DNA of 64,000 nt. Origin: an uncultured Gammaproteobacteria bacterium. GTDB lineage: Bacteria; Patescibacteriota; Microgenomatia; Levybacterales; GWA1-39-11. Within the stretch, counting starts at the first letter, position 1, and the number at the start of each line of letters is the position of its first letter. A program made the translations under genes and the position numbers. Below, piece by piece: positions 18,981-29,345 of the stretch. The notes below the pieces were generated by a model that was given only the letters and a program-made list of their open reading frames with translations, was not told the origin of the DNA and ran no database searches. The stretch lies in the NCBI GenBank assembly GCA_964504535.1, contig CAZDED010000005.1:9411-73410 (forward strand). The letters run 5' to 3'.

Positions 18981-19532
18981 TTAACCAAAAAGTTTTTTTT
19001 TAAATTCCGCAAATTTTTGAGGGTCATGTCTGATTCTAAAAATGTCATCTGAGATCATTTTTCCCCAAAAATCAGGACCGTCTACTTTTTCCAAAAACTC
19101 ATCAAAGGATACTTCAACAACCTCAATTTTTTCTCCACCATCAAGGGACGCCTCTTGTACCTTTTTTGCGTTTCTGGCAATAAAAAGATAGATGTCCCAT
19201 TCAATTTTTCCGCCCGCATGGTAAGTTTTAAGTAGTTCCCAGTCATCAGATTCAAGTCCAGCCTCCTCAAGAAGTTCACGTTTTGCAACGGACAAAGGTT
19301 CCTCCCCTTGTTCTTGTCTACCTCCTAAAAAGGTATAACAAAGGGATTTTGATGGTTGTTCTTCGTGGGATAAATATAGTTTTTCACCATTTACCGGGAT
19401 GATCTGGATTGTTGCAGAGCGTTTGAGAGCCTCAAAGGTTTTAGTTGTACCATCATACATTGTCTGTTCCCATTGATAGACATCAAATATAGTACCTGTA
19501 AAGACTTTTTTTGCCTGTGGTGGGATTCTCAC
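18981..19532 (-). CDS. NUDIX hydrolase (ADP-ribose pyrophosphatase-like)
   Basis: GGRQEQGEEPLSVAKRELLEEAG; LDGGEKIEV. Confidence 0.9.
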   Translation of the reverse strand: MRIPPQAKKVFTGTIFDVYQWEQTMYDGTTKTFEALKRSATIQIIPVNGEKLYLSHEEQPSKSLCYTFLGGRQEQGEEPLSVAKRELLEEAGLESDDWELLKTYHAGGKIEWDIYLFIARNAKKVQEASLDGGEKIEVVEVSFDEFLEKVDGPDFWGKMISDDIFRIRHDPQKFAEFKKKLFG

Positions 19533-19561
19533 ATCGATATTATATCTGATATAATTTTTTT

Positions 19562-19819
19562 ATGAGCAAGAAAAATGCTTTTAACACAGTAACTACATTC
19601 TCTAAAATTACGGCACTCGTACTTTTTGTAATGTTTCCAGTTGTAGCATTTTATTTGGGTGCTATGTACCAAGAACGGTTAGACAAGCCCTTTGTGCAAC
19701 AATATGTTGAGGTTAAAAAGCCAGTTCAAAAGGCATGTACAATGGAAGCAAAGCAGTGTCCTGATGGGAGTTATGTCGGGAGAAGCGGATCAAATTGCGA
19801 ATTTGCCAAGTGTCCTTAA
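19562..19819 (+). CDS. Small membrane protein with Cys-rich C-terminal module
   Basis: TM helix + ACTMEAKQCPDGSYVGRSGSNCEFAKCP. Confidence 0.8.
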   Translation: MSKKNAFNTVTTFSKITALVLFVMFPVVAFYLGAMYQERLDKPFVQQYVEVKKPVQKACTMEAKQCPDGSYVGRSGSNCEFAKCP

Positions 19820-19831
19820 AGCTAAAACTAT

Positions 19832-20473
19832 ATGCTCCCCAATTTCTCTTTCGAAGAGCCACTATGGAATGACAAGTACACCGTTGTTGGCATTGATGAG
19901 GTGGGGCGTGGTGCTTTCGCAGGACCGGTTGGAATTGGGGGAGTAGTATTTCCGCCAAATCTTTCAGACTTGGAAAAACAAAAACTTCTTTCTTTGGGTA
20001 TAAATGACAGTAAAAAATTGAGTCCAGAAAAGAGGGAATACCTCGCAGAAATTATCAAAGAAAAATGTTTCTCCTATAATATTAGTTTTATCAATGTTGA
20101 AACCATCAACAGGATAGGTATTGGTAAAGCAGCATATATGGGTATGCGTGAAGTCGCTAAATCTATAAACTATAAACTCCGGACTACAAACTTGTATTTG
20201 CTCATTGATGCTTTTGAAATACCTGGGTTGAATATACCTCAAAAAGGGATCATCCATGGCGATACTTTGAGTATCTCAATTGCGGCGGCCTCAATTATCG
20301 CTAAAGTCGAACGAGACCTACTGATGGATAAGTTGGGTATTGACTTTCCTGAGTATGGATTTCAGGCAAATAAAGGGTATGGCACTGTAAAGCATAGGCA
20401 AGCAATCTCTCGTTTTGGGGTAAGCACAAACCATAGAACTGATTTTTGTAAAAAAACCGTAAGTAGTTTGTGA
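19832..20473 (+). CDS. rnhB: Ribonuclease HII
   Basis: GIDEVGRGAFAGP, DSKKL, SIAAASIIAKVERD, KGYGT. Confidence 0.97.
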   Translation: MLPNFSFEEPLWNDKYTVVGIDEVGRGAFAGPVGIGGVVFPPNLSDLEKQKLLSLGINDSKKLSPEKREYLAEIIKEKCFSYNISFINVETINRIGIGKAAYMGMREVAKSINYKLRTTNLYLLIDAFEIPGLNIPQKGIIHGDTLSISIAAASIIAKVERDLLMDKLGIDFPEYGFQANKGYGTVKHRQAISRFGVSTNHRTDFCKKTVSSL

Positions 20474-20509
20474 TTGACCTGATCATTTAGTACAATGTAA
20501 ACTTAAAAT

Positions 20510-21280
20510 ATGTTCGGTAACAAAACTGACAAAACTGTGTGGGAAAAATTCCCCGAGCTCAAAGGAATACCCGAGAATAAATTTCCTACACATCTACTCC
20601 TCATCCCTGATGGGAATGGCAGGTGGGCAAAGATGGCTCACAAGACAATAACTGATGGCCACAAGGCTGGGGCTGAGGTTATTAAGAATATCTACAATGA
20701 CTTGTGGCAGTTGCCAATAAAATTCATCAGTATTTGGGGATTTTCAGCAGACAATTGGTCAAGAACCCCCGAGGAAGCAGATGGGATAATGCATGTCATT
20801 GACGAGACTTTGAAAGTACTATTGCCACAAGCATTAGAGCGTAATGAAAGAATTATTCATATAGGGCGCAAAGATAGAATTCCTGCATTTTTGAGAGATG
20901 CTTTTGAGCATGCTGAAGAAATTACAAAAGAGAATACGGGAACGGTTCTGTCACTTTTAGTTGATTATGCAGGGCAAGACCAAGAACTTCGTATGATAAA
21001 AAAGATGATGAAAGACAAAATATCAGATATCACCTCAGAAACACTTCTAAAATATAGAGATGGTGGAGGGGTAGTTCCGCCGGCGGATTTGGTAGTTAGA
21101 ACTAGTGGCGAGAAAAGAACATCAGACCTTGGATGGTTAACCATAAATTCAGAGCTTGCTTTTATTTCAAAATTACTTCCAAATACAGGTTCAAAAGACA
21201 TCGTTGAGGCGATAATAGATTACACCAAAAGAGAAAGACGATTTGGCGGAAGACCCACCCCAATAGCTAAAAGCCAGTAG
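20510..21280 (+). CDS. uppS: Polyprenyl diphosphate synthase
   Basis: IPDGNGRWA, FSADNWSR, RTSGEKRTS, RRFGG. Confidence 0.95.
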   Translation: MFGNKTDKTVWEKFPELKGIPENKFPTHLLLIPDGNGRWAKMAHKTITDGHKAGAEVIKNIYNDLWQLPIKFISIWGFSADNWSRTPEEADGIMHVIDETLKVLLPQALERNERIIHIGRKDRIPAFLRDAFEHAEEITKENTGTVLSLLVDYAGQDQELRMIKKMMKDKISDITSETLLKYRDGGGVVPPADLVVRTSGEKRTSDLGWLTINSELAFISKLLPNTGSKDIVEAIIDYTKRERRFGGRPTPIAKSQ

Positions 21281-21358
21281 TCATTAGACATTAGAACTTA
21301 CTAGTATTTACACTAACCCATAGTATCATTCAGCCTTGAATTTTAGTATAATAGAAGA

Positions 21359-22243
21359 GTGAAGAAGGAAATAAAACCTACTTATAAATCTGGGGTTGTT
21401 GCCATTTTGGGCAGGCCAAATGCCGGCAAATCAACACTCCTCAACGCACTTCTGGGTACAAAAGTTAGCATCACTTCACCAAAACCCCAAACAACACAAT
21501 TTTCAGTACAGGCTGTTTATGAGGATCCTGCCTCCAAAGATGGTCCTGGCCGTGGACAAATTATCTTTACAGACACCCCAGGAATTTTTGCAAAGACAGA
21601 CAATCCGAAAGCCCATGATATCAATTTGACTGCAGAGCATTCGTTGAAAGAAGGGGTTGATGTTGTAGTCTATGTTATTGATAAAACAAGGGAGCGTGGT
21701 GTCGAGGAGAATAAAGTGCTTGGCATAATAAGAAAGGTTGATGTACCAAAAATACTTGTCATAAATAAAGTTGACAAAAGAGAACCCGACTTTATAGAAC
21801 AATATAAATTTATGCAGGAAGAGTTTGATGCGACGATAGAGCTTTCAGCACGGACTCACAAAAATCTTAATGTCCTCATAGACACAATTTTTCTTTTCCT
21901 AAAAGAGGGGGAGCCTCTTGTGGAATCACAAGGCATGGCAACACCGGTTCTTAATATGAATTCAAAATTGTACCTAGAAGAGATGATACGGGAGAAAGCA
22001 TTTTTACGATTGAGACGAGAGGTTCCATACAGCATAAGGGTAGTTGTTGATGAGATTATCGAAAAACCACAAAAGAATATGACGGTAATTGAGGCACGGA
22101 TACTATGCCTTCCTCGGTACAAAAAAATGATAATTGGGGCGGGTGGATCCAAAATCAAAGAAATAGGATCTATGGCACGGCGTGAATTAGAACTTTCCAC
22201 CAACCGCAAAATATTTCTTTCACTCCGAGTTGAAGAAGAATAA
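21359..22243 (+). CDS. era: GTPase Era
   Basis: GRPNAGKST, KPQTT, DTPG, NKVD, KH domain IIGAGGSKIKEIG. Confidence 0.97.
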   Translation: MKKEIKPTYKSGVVAILGRPNAGKSTLLNALLGTKVSITSPKPQTTQFSVQAVYEDPASKDGPGRGQIIFTDTPGIFAKTDNPKAHDINLTAEHSLKEGVDVVVYVIDKTRERGVEENKVLGIIRKVDVPKILVINKVDKREPDFIEQYKFMQEEFDATIELSARTHKNLNVLIDTIFLFLKEGEPLVESQGMATPVLNMNSKLYLEEMIREKAFLRLRREVPYSIRVVVDEIIEKPQKNMTVIEARILCLPRYKKMIIGAGGSKIKEIGSMARRELELSTNRKIFLSLRVEEE

Positions 22244-22300
22244 ATCAATTTTTTCATTTCCAGTATTGACATTCTTTTTCATATAATATAATCTTGTCCC

Positions 22301-23011
22301 ATGGCAACAACAAAAACCGCAAAAAAGAGTACAATTGTTTCTAAAAAAACTCCGGTAAAAGTTTCAAAACAAGCAAAGACAGTAAATTCTTCATTTTCAG
22401 TATCTGATCTTCAAAAAAAAGTTCTTGATCCAAAAAATCGTCGTTCACTGATTCTTGCTATCATCGTCATCGTTCTTATACTAGCTATATATCTTGGCAA
22501 AAGCTTGTTTGTAGCCGCTCTCGTGAACGGACAACCTGTATCAAGACTCGCAATCATTCATGACCTTGAGAAGCAGAGTGGAAAAGCAGCGCTTGATGCA
22601 GTCATAACGCGGATGCTGGTTTTCCAAGAAGCTCAAAAAAAGAACATCACAGCTAGTGAAAAAGACATTGACGCAGAAATTGCAAGAATCAGGGCTCAAT
22701 TTCAAGCACAAGGACAAAATCTGGATCAACTTCTTGCCACACAAGGTCTTACAAAGGATAAATTCCGCGATGAGGTAAAAGTTCAAATTTTAGTTACCAA
22801 AATTCTCGGAAACCAGGTAAAGGTGACTGACAAAGAATTCAATGATTTTCTTTCTAAAAATCAGGATCTTCTAACAAATGAGAAAGATCAAAATGCTGCA
22901 AAAGCTTCGCTTCGTCAACAGATGGAGCAACAAAAATTGGCTCAAAAATATCAAGAATGGATCGCAACTGTAAAGAAAAACGCAAAAGTTAACACCTTCA
23001 TTAACTACTAA
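22301..23011 (+). CDS. SurA N-terminal/PrsA-like chaperone (no PPIase domain seen)
   Basis: TM, AALVNGQPV, LVFQEAQK, KKNAKV. Confidence 0.8.
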   Translation: MATTKTAKKSTIVSKKTPVKVSKQAKTVNSSFSVSDLQKKVLDPKNRRSLILAIIVIVLILAIYLGKSLFVAALVNGQPVSRLAIIHDLEKQSGKAALDAVITRMLVFQEAQKKNITASEKDIDAEIARIRAQFQAQGQNLDQLLATQGLTKDKFRDEVKVQILVTKILGNQVKVTDKEFNDFLSKNQDLLTNEKDQNAAKASLRQQMEQQKLAQKYQEWIATVKKNAKVNTFINY

Positions 23012-23085
23012 TCTCCATTTTTTAAGGGTACGAAATGATTTCTGCCTATTTTAGATATTTTTTTTCCAGCTTGATAGAACTTATG

Positions 23086-23115
23086 AAAAAGACCCCGAGC
23101 ATGCTCGGGGTCTTT
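23086..23115 (-). terminator. Perfect 28-bp palindrome terminator closing cassette C (possibly bidirectional)
   Basis: AAAGACCCCGAGCATGCTCGGGGTCTTT. Confidence 0.85.
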
Positions 23116-23125
23116 GGAATTGAGA

Positions 23126-23425
23126 TTACTGGGACGAGTATGTCCCCTTGTCGTCAGCAAGCGTGACGCACGCCGTCTGTTTGATCCACTCACGGTCGTG
23201 ATGGGCGTACTGTTGGCATACCATTGTTGTGAGAATGGAACGATCACCTGGTACCTTGAAGTACATTCGGGCACGTTCTTCAAAGCTAGCAGTGACGCTT
23301 GCGATGATCTGCTCTCTCGTGACACCCCCAGGAAGGGGGTCAACCAGCGTGTAGTTGAGCGTGAGCATTCCAAGGTTCGTTGGCACGAGAACTTGGAGAA
23401 CTTCGCTTGGTGAGGTAGTGCTCAT
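23126..23425 (-). CDS. GC-rich hypothetical protein (cassette C)
   Basis: 99-aa ORF between cassette gene 1 and the terminator. Confidence 0.65.
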   Translation of the reverse strand: MSTTSPSEVLQVLVPTNLGMLTLNYTLVDPLPGGVTREQIIASVTASFEERARMYFKVPGDRSILTTMVCQQYAHHDREWIKQTACVTLADDKGTYSSQ

Positions 23426-23442
23426 GACGTTACCATGAGAGG

Positions 23443-23796
23443 CTACCCTGCGGTTTCTTGAGGCATCGCCTCATTGGTCATCAGGTGTTCCTGGATGAGC
23501 TTCGCAAGTTCACGAAGGCCTTCTTCGGTCCGGGCAACAACTTCCACGCCAAGCCAGTTCAAGGACTTTGGGGTCCGTGCCAGCTTGGAGCGCGCCGCCA
23601 GGGGGAGGGCTCCTACGAGAGCCCAGGCTTCCTCCGAACGGAGGAGCTTGTGGCCAGTATGGGTCATGAAAGCGAATGCTTTCCAGTCCCGGTCGAAAGA
23701 TGAGGTGACGACGATGTGAGCAAGTCCAACGTCCTTCAGTTCCTTGGCGGCGAATTGCTTCCACCGCGTGTCTTGAAGGTCAATCCTTCTGATCAA
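23443..23796 (-). CDS. GC-rich hypothetical protein (cassette C)
   Basis: GGAG-7nt-TTG start; 117 aa. Confidence 0.65.
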   Translation of the reverse strand: MIRRIDLQDTRWKQFAAKELKDVGLAHIVVTSSFDRDWKAFAFMTHTGHKLLRSEEAWALVGALPLAARSKLARTPKSLNWLGVEVVARTEEGLRELAKLIQEHLMTNEAMPQETAG

Positions 23797-23799
23797 GCT

Positions 23800-24010
23800 A
23801 TGTCTCCGGTGTGAAGTGTCTGTTCCATTGCCGTTGGGGTACGAAACAGCTTCTCAAAGACATGTAAATCTTCAAAAAGCTATTTCGTACGGTAAGAAAT
23901 GAAGTAATCTCAATTGTTAATGTACATCATGAAATCCACGTAAGGCGCGCATGTGCCTCAAAGGATTTATGAGGAAAACTATTATACCTGCAATAGCCTT
24001 GATTGTGCAA
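23800..24010 (-). promoter_or_regulatory. Cassette leader C: TTGCAC-18-TATAAT, hairpin, boxA-like GTACATTAACAAT (23913-23925), long hairpin, SD
   Basis: Same 13-mer and same 55-nt spacing from the -10 as leader A. Confidence 0.75.
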
Positions 24011-24118
24011 TTGCTAAGCATTGTGCTACTTGACTGTGAGTTTTGAGATACCGTACACTGAAATCAGTTTATAGTTGTAAAACTAGTAGCTGAGGACTAA
24101 TAACTCGTCTCTGCCCAT

Positions 24119-25468
24119 ATGATATTTCAAACTGTAGGTGAACTTGATGAAAATTTGCGAGAGGTATTCTCATTTGATGATGAGGATATAACGGTAAAGG
24201 ATGAAGCAAAGCTACGGGAATTTGGAATAGACCACCTTATATATACTGCTGTTCTTTCTGATGACCCCCAAGCACGACATCTCTGCCGCGTATATATCCG
24301 CAAATTAGCTAAAACCCTCGGTATTTTCCCCGCTTCAATTTTTCCTCTCTATCAAGCTTTTGGTTCAGGTGATGTAAAAGGATTCACCGTTCCAGCAATG
24401 AATATGAGGGCAATAACGTACGATGTTGCCCGGGAAGTATTCAAAAAATCAATCGTTCATGAGGCTAGTGCTTTTATTTTCGAGCTTTCCAGAAGCGAGG
24501 CAATTTACACAAAACAAAATCAGGATGAAGTGGCAATATGTGTTCTTGCAGCTGCGATAAAGGAAGGTTATGTCGGTCCCGTATTTCTGCAAGGAGATCA
24601 TTACCAATTTGACACAAAAAAATTCAAAGAATATCCTCAGGGACAAATTGATGAGATAGAGCTTGCAGTAAAAGATGCATTGACTGCGGGGTTTTACAAT
24701 ATTGACATCGACGCTTCTACGCTTGTTGATCTTTCCTTGCCGGAGAAAGCGGACCAACAGAAAAATAATTTCGAGATGACCGCAACGGTCACAAAATTTA
24801 TAAGAAGTATGCAGCCTATTGGTGTAACAGTTACAATTGGAGGAGAAATTGGGCATATCGGTGATGTGAATTCAGATGTAGAAGATTTTGAAGCATTTAT
24901 GGCAGGTTATCTTAGTGAATTAAATAAAAAAGATTTACAGATTATATCAAAAGTCAGCGTCCAGACAGGAACTTCACATGGAGGAACTCCCAATCCTGAC
25001 GGAACTTTAAAGGATGTAAGTGTGGATTTTGGTGTTCTGGAAAGTATCGGTAAAGTTGCACGTGATAAATATAAAATGGCAGGTCCTGTTCAACACGGAG
25101 CATCAACATTGCCACATGATATGTTTGGGAAATTTCCTGACGTTGGAACTGTTGAAATCCATCTAGCAACAGGATTTTTGACTATTGTATACGAAAATAT
25201 GTATGACTCAACTCGCAATAAATTATATGAGTATGTCAGGTCAAATTTTTCAGAAGAAAAAGAAGAAGGATGGACTGATGAGCAATTTATCTATAAATTA
25301 AGAAAGAAGGCTATCGGCCCTAATAAAAAAGATTTGTGGCTCATGCCGGAGGAAGAAAAAAATAATATCCGGGCAAAACTAGCAGAAGAACTGGAGAATC
25401 TATTTCAAAAACTTAATATTGTAGGTACTTCCCACACGGTAAGAAAATATATAGAAAATAAATCCTAA
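24119..25468 (+). CDS. Class II fructose-bisphosphate aldolase family protein
   Basis: VPAMN, LQGDH, DIDAS, GGEIGHIG, GTSHGG, VQHGAS. Confidence 0.9.
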   Translation: MIFQTVGELDENLREVFSFDDEDITVKDEAKLREFGIDHLIYTAVLSDDPQARHLCRVYIRKLAKTLGIFPASIFPLYQAFGSGDVKGFTVPAMNMRAITYDVAREVFKKSIVHEASAFIFELSRSEAIYTKQNQDEVAICVLAAAIKEGYVGPVFLQGDHYQFDTKKFKEYPQGQIDEIELAVKDALTAGFYNIDIDASTLVDLSLPEKADQQKNNFEMTATVTKFIRSMQPIGVTVTIGGEIGHIGDVNSDVEDFEAFMAGYLSELNKKDLQIISKVSVQTGTSHGGTPNPDGTLKDVSVDFGVLESIGKVARDKYKMAGPVQHGASTLPHDMFGKFPDVGTVEIHLATGFLTIVYENMYDSTRNKLYEYVRSNFSEEKEEGWTDEQFIYKLRKKAIGPNKKDLWLMPEEEKNNIRAKLAEELENLFQKLNIVGTSHTVRKYIENKS

Positions 25469-25559
25469 GCACTAAATTCGAAGCACGAAACAAGTTTGGA
25501 ATTTTTTAGATTAGAGTTTGAAATTTGTTTCGAATTTCGATATTAGAATTTCGAATTTT
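25460..25559. repeat. ~100-bp element of 7-nt-period repeats forming inverted arms
   Basis: aagcact aaattcg aagcacg aaacaa ... ttgttt cgaattt cgatatt agaattt cgaattt. Confidence 0.85.
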
Positions 25560-25561
25560 AC

Positions 25562-26740
25562 ATGATTGTATATATTGATAAAGCTCACATTAAAAACAAA
25601 AAAGTACTTCTTCGGGTAGATTTTAATGTCTCAATGAAGGGAACTCACATAACCGACGATGCGAGAATTCGTGCTGTACTTCCAACTATCAAAAAACTTC
25701 TGAAAGACAGTAACAAGTTGATTATTATATCGCATCTAGGGCGTCCCGATGGATGGGATGAACGTTTTAGATTAAAGCCGATAGCACAACGGCTTCATAA
25801 ATATCTTCCCCATGTGAAGCTTATGGTTATAGATGATTTTACATCTGAAGGTGCGAGAGAACATTTTGAAAACCAAAAGGAAGGAGAAATATTATTTCTA
25901 GAAAACATACGGTTTTTTAAAGAAGAGGAAGAGGCAGACCACGAATTTGCAAAAAAATTAGCTTCTCTTGCTGATGTATACGTGAATGATGCCTTTGGAG
26001 TAAGTCATAGGGATTGTGCATCAATTACTGAAGTACCAAAATATTTGCCCCATTTCGGGGGGTTACTTATGGAGCGTGAAGTAGAGACTATTGGGCATGC
26101 GCTCAAGCATCCCGCACATCCATTTGCAGCAATTATTGGGGGCGCAAAAGTCAGTACAAAGCTCAAGCTTCTGTATAAAATTACTGAAATTGCCGACTTT
26201 TTGATATTAGGTGGTGGGCTTGCCAATACGTTGCTTTACGCCTTAGGCTATCCGATCGGGAAAAGTTTGTGTGAAAAAGACATGATAGATGATGTTAAAA
26301 GAATTGTGAGACACGCCAAGGAAAAAAATACAAAGATACTATTGCCAAAGGAAGTAATTGTTGGTGATAGAAATGATGAAAAAGAGGCCGGTGTTGTCAA
26401 GAAAATTACAGAAATTGGAGCAAATGACACGATACTTGATATAGGACCTGAGGCACAAGCTGATTATGCAAAATCAATTCTGAGCTCTAAAACTCTTATT
26501 TGGAATGGGCCTGTTGGTGTTATCGAAAATCCTCAGTATGCTCGTGGAACTGATTTTTTGTACTACACAATTTCTCAGAATCCAAAAATGTTATCGATAG
26601 TTGGGGGGGGAGATACTTTGGCGGCAATCGAAAAAATGGAATATCTTGACTCAATATCGCATATATCGACAGGGGGTGGTGCGATGCTAGAATACATAGA
26701 AAATGGGACATTACCTGGCATAGAAGCTCTCAAAAAATAA
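25562..26740 (+). CDS. pgk: Phosphoglycerate kinase
   Basis: RVDFNV, SHLGRP, NDAFG, GGAKVSTK, STGGGA. Confidence 0.98.
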   Translation: MIVYIDKAHIKNKKVLLRVDFNVSMKGTHITDDARIRAVLPTIKKLLKDSNKLIIISHLGRPDGWDERFRLKPIAQRLHKYLPHVKLMVIDDFTSEGAREHFENQKEGEILFLENIRFFKEEEEADHEFAKKLASLADVYVNDAFGVSHRDCASITEVPKYLPHFGGLLMEREVETIGHALKHPAHPFAAIIGGAKVSTKLKLLYKITEIADFLILGGGLANTLLYALGYPIGKSLCEKDMIDDVKRIVRHAKEKNTKILLPKEVIVGDRNDEKEAGVVKKITEIGANDTILDIGPEAQADYAKSILSSKTLIWNGPVGVIENPQYARGTDFLYYTISQNPKMLSIVGGGDTLAAIEKMEYLDSISHISTGGGAMLEYIENGTLPGIEALKK

Positions 26741-26802
26741 TTGGATACAACCTATAATAATTGACAATAACCAATTTTGAGGTTACAATATGTGATCATA
26801 TT

Positions 26803-27825
26803 ATGTCAATTCCAATCGAAAGAGAATTTGAAACGATACGTCCCGATATTGAGAAAATAAGGTTTAAAGATTATATAAGGCACTTGCCCGAACCAGAAAA
26901 TCCAAGAACAGAAGCAATGGGTATAAGTATAATTCCGGACAATGGAATTGCTATGGATAGTGCAATTTGGATGCAGAGAGTGCAAGATGGTTATGAGTTA
27001 TCCTTGAGTGTGGTTGATATAGCATCCGGTGAGATGGGTCGCTTTTCGGGTCCTGACGCTGGCTTTGTTAAGGCGATCACTATCAAATCTGTTCTTGATT
27101 TAGAACTTGAGAGCCAAAAGTTTGAAATTAGTTTTACAAACCTTCAGTCACTTGCTGTCATTAGAGATTCTGACGTTATGCAATATATTAAAGATGATCA
27201 ATCGGAGCTTCATATATTGCTCAAACCTTATTTTCAAATTGCGCATTCATTAAAGGAAAAAAGAAAATATGAAGGTGCGCTCGATGATGCCTACAGTAAA
27301 GCATCTTCTTTTATTAGAGGCGATTATGCTGTACAAGACATACAGGTTGTGAGGAGAGAATTCTTACATTTGGCAAAAAAAGCAGTTGCAGAGAAATTCG
27401 CACAGGATAATACACTAGCGCTTTATGAAAATTGGTTTGAAAGTCAGAGTGGTATGCCTGTTGTGGAAATCAGTGCAGCCGAGGAGCAATTTGATAAGAA
27501 CCCCACGGAAACGAATGCTGCTGCAATTATTTCTTTAATAAAAAGTGGCATGGGAAAGAGGGTACACAATATAAATCCTGCCGGTCATGTGCTCTACAAC
27601 GATGAAGCACACTTGAAATTTACTATTCCAGCCAAAGAATTCTCAAGTTACATTAATCTTATTATATTGCATGGAGTGTTGACGGGAGATAATCCTTATA
27701 CCCCTCAGCAAATAGACATAGCAATAAATACTATCAATGGAAAAAAAGGCCTTAGTTCACCCTACTATTGGTTATCGCCACGAAGGAGAGTTATTAGTAA
27801 GAATCAAGGAGACTCTATTTCATAA
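26803..27825 (+). CDS. Degenerate RNB (RNase II/R-like) domain protein
   Basis: MDSAIW..GYELSLSVVDIA and GH..HLKFTIPAKEF echo the DDA..HIADV and HFTSPIRRY motifs; TTGACA-17-TACAAT upstream. Confidence 0.5.
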   Translation: MSIPIEREFETIRPDIEKIRFKDYIRHLPEPENPRTEAMGISIIPDNGIAMDSAIWMQRVQDGYELSLSVVDIASGEMGRFSGPDAGFVKAITIKSVLDLELESQKFEISFTNLQSLAVIRDSDVMQYIKDDQSELHILLKPYFQIAHSLKEKRKYEGALDDAYSKASSFIRGDYAVQDIQVVRREFLHLAKKAVAEKFAQDNTLALYENWFESQSGMPVVEISAAEEQFDKNPTETNAAAIISLIKSGMGKRVHNINPAGHVLYNDEAHLKFTIPAKEFSSYINLIILHGVLTGDNPYTPQQIDIAINTINGKKGLSSPYYWLSPRRRVISKNQGDSIS

Positions 27826-28025
27826 TTGTAAAATTGTTAAGTTTTTTCGAGAGTACCGATGTTACTCAACCAAACCCTCGTAATGCAGCAAAGATGAAGC
27901 CAAATTTCAGTTAGAAGTTCATGTTGGAGAAAATGGTATAAGCATTAAAACACACCTAGATATTATCTGTATGAAGTTCTCTTTCCGTTAAGTCTATAAT
28001 ATGAGTATAATTATATTTGGTAAAT

Positions 28026-29282
28026 ATGCAGCAAAACAATCCGTGGATAAGAGCCCAAAAACAACTCAGAAAGATTGCAGAGAATATCGACTTAGACCAA
28101 TCTCTTCTTTCAAGACTTATGGAACCTGACAGGATTGTAACTGTTGCGCTTCCAGTGGTTCTTGATGACGAACAGATAAAGGTTTTTACCGGCTACAGAG
28201 TTCAGCATAACAATATCATGGGTCCATACAAAGGAGGACTTCGCTATCATCCAAATGTAGATATGGATGAGGTTAAAGCGTTAGCCTTTTGGATGACTAT
28301 GAAATGCGCAGTAGTTGATATTCCATTTGGGGGAGGAAAAGGTGGGATTACTGTTGACCCACAACTCCTTTCAGATGCAGAGATTGAATCCCTTTCCAGA
28401 ATTTTTGCAAATCGACTCGCTCCAGTTATTGGGCCAGAGTTGGATGTTCCTGCCCCTGATGTCAATACAACCCCCCAAATTATGAGCTGGATCATGGATG
28501 AATATGGAAAAGTTACCGGCGACACTTCTAATGCAGTAATTACTGGAAAACCAATCGAAAATGGAGGGTCACGAGGAAGGACTGAGGCAACTGGCCTTGG
28601 TGGCGTATATGTCCTGCTTCGAATGTTAAAGAACTTGGATATTGCACCTTCTGGCCTTACTGTTGCTGTTCAAGGAATAGGCAATGTCGGATATCATGCA
28701 GCCTATTTTTTAGAGAAAGAAGGGTTCAAAGTCATTGCAATATCAGACTCGAAAGAGGCAATCCATGTTCCAAATGGTCTCAATCCTGAAAAGACTTTAA
28801 AATGTAAAAAAGATAGAGGGATGCTTTCTAATTGTTATTGTGACAATGAGCGTTGTGATATAAAAGGGGGGACAATCATTAGTAACGAAGAGCTTTTAGA
28901 ATTGCCGGTCGACATTTTAGTGCCTGCCGCACTCGAGAACGTAATAGTGTCAGAAAATGCAGGCAAAATTAAAGCCAAAATGATTTTGGAATTGGCAAAC
29001 GGCCCAGTGACTGAGGATGCTGATGAGATTCTCAATAAGAAAGGGATTACAGTCATTCCAGACATATTAGCAAATTCAGGGGGAGTCGCGACATCTTATT
29101 ATGAGTGGTATCAAAATATGCATAAAGAGGTGTGGGAAAAAGAGGCTGTTTTTGAGAAATTAAAGCAGCAATTGGAGCGGGTAACTGACGAGGTCTACAA
29201 GTCTTCCATAGAAAATGGTGTTTCTCTTCGAGATGGAGCGTATATTTTAGCCCTCAAAAGACTTCAACGAAAATGGTTATAA
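28026..29282 (+). CDS. gdhA: Glu/Leu/Phe/Val (glutamate) dehydrogenase
   Basis: GPYKGGLRYHP, GGGKGG, VPAPDVNT, QGIGNVG, ELANGP. Confidence 0.93.
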   Translation: MQQNNPWIRAQKQLRKIAENIDLDQSLLSRLMEPDRIVTVALPVVLDDEQIKVFTGYRVQHNNIMGPYKGGLRYHPNVDMDEVKALAFWMTMKCAVVDIPFGGGKGGITVDPQLLSDAEIESLSRIFANRLAPVIGPELDVPAPDVNTTPQIMSWIMDEYGKVTGDTSNAVITGKPIENGGSRGRTEATGLGGVYVLLRMLKNLDIAPSGLTVAVQGIGNVGYHAAYFLEKEGFKVIAISDSKEAIHVPNGLNPEKTLKCKKDRGMLSNCYCDNERCDIKGGTIISNEELLELPVDILVPAALENVIVSENAGKIKAKMILELANGPVTEDADEILNKKGITVIPDILANSGGVATSYYEWYQNMHKEVWEKEAVFEKLKQQLERVTDEVYKSSIENGVSLRDGAYILALKRLQRKWL

Positions 29283-29290
29283 ATTTTTAG

Positions 29291-29325
29291 AAAAGTCCCC
29301 GGGCGCACTACAGCGCCCGAGGACA
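29291..29325 (-). terminator. Terminator closing cassette D
   Basis: GTCC.CGGGCGC/GCGCCCG.GGAC followed by TTTT on the - strand. Confidence 0.8.
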
Positions 29326-29345
29326 GAACCAGATTTAGCTGGTGG

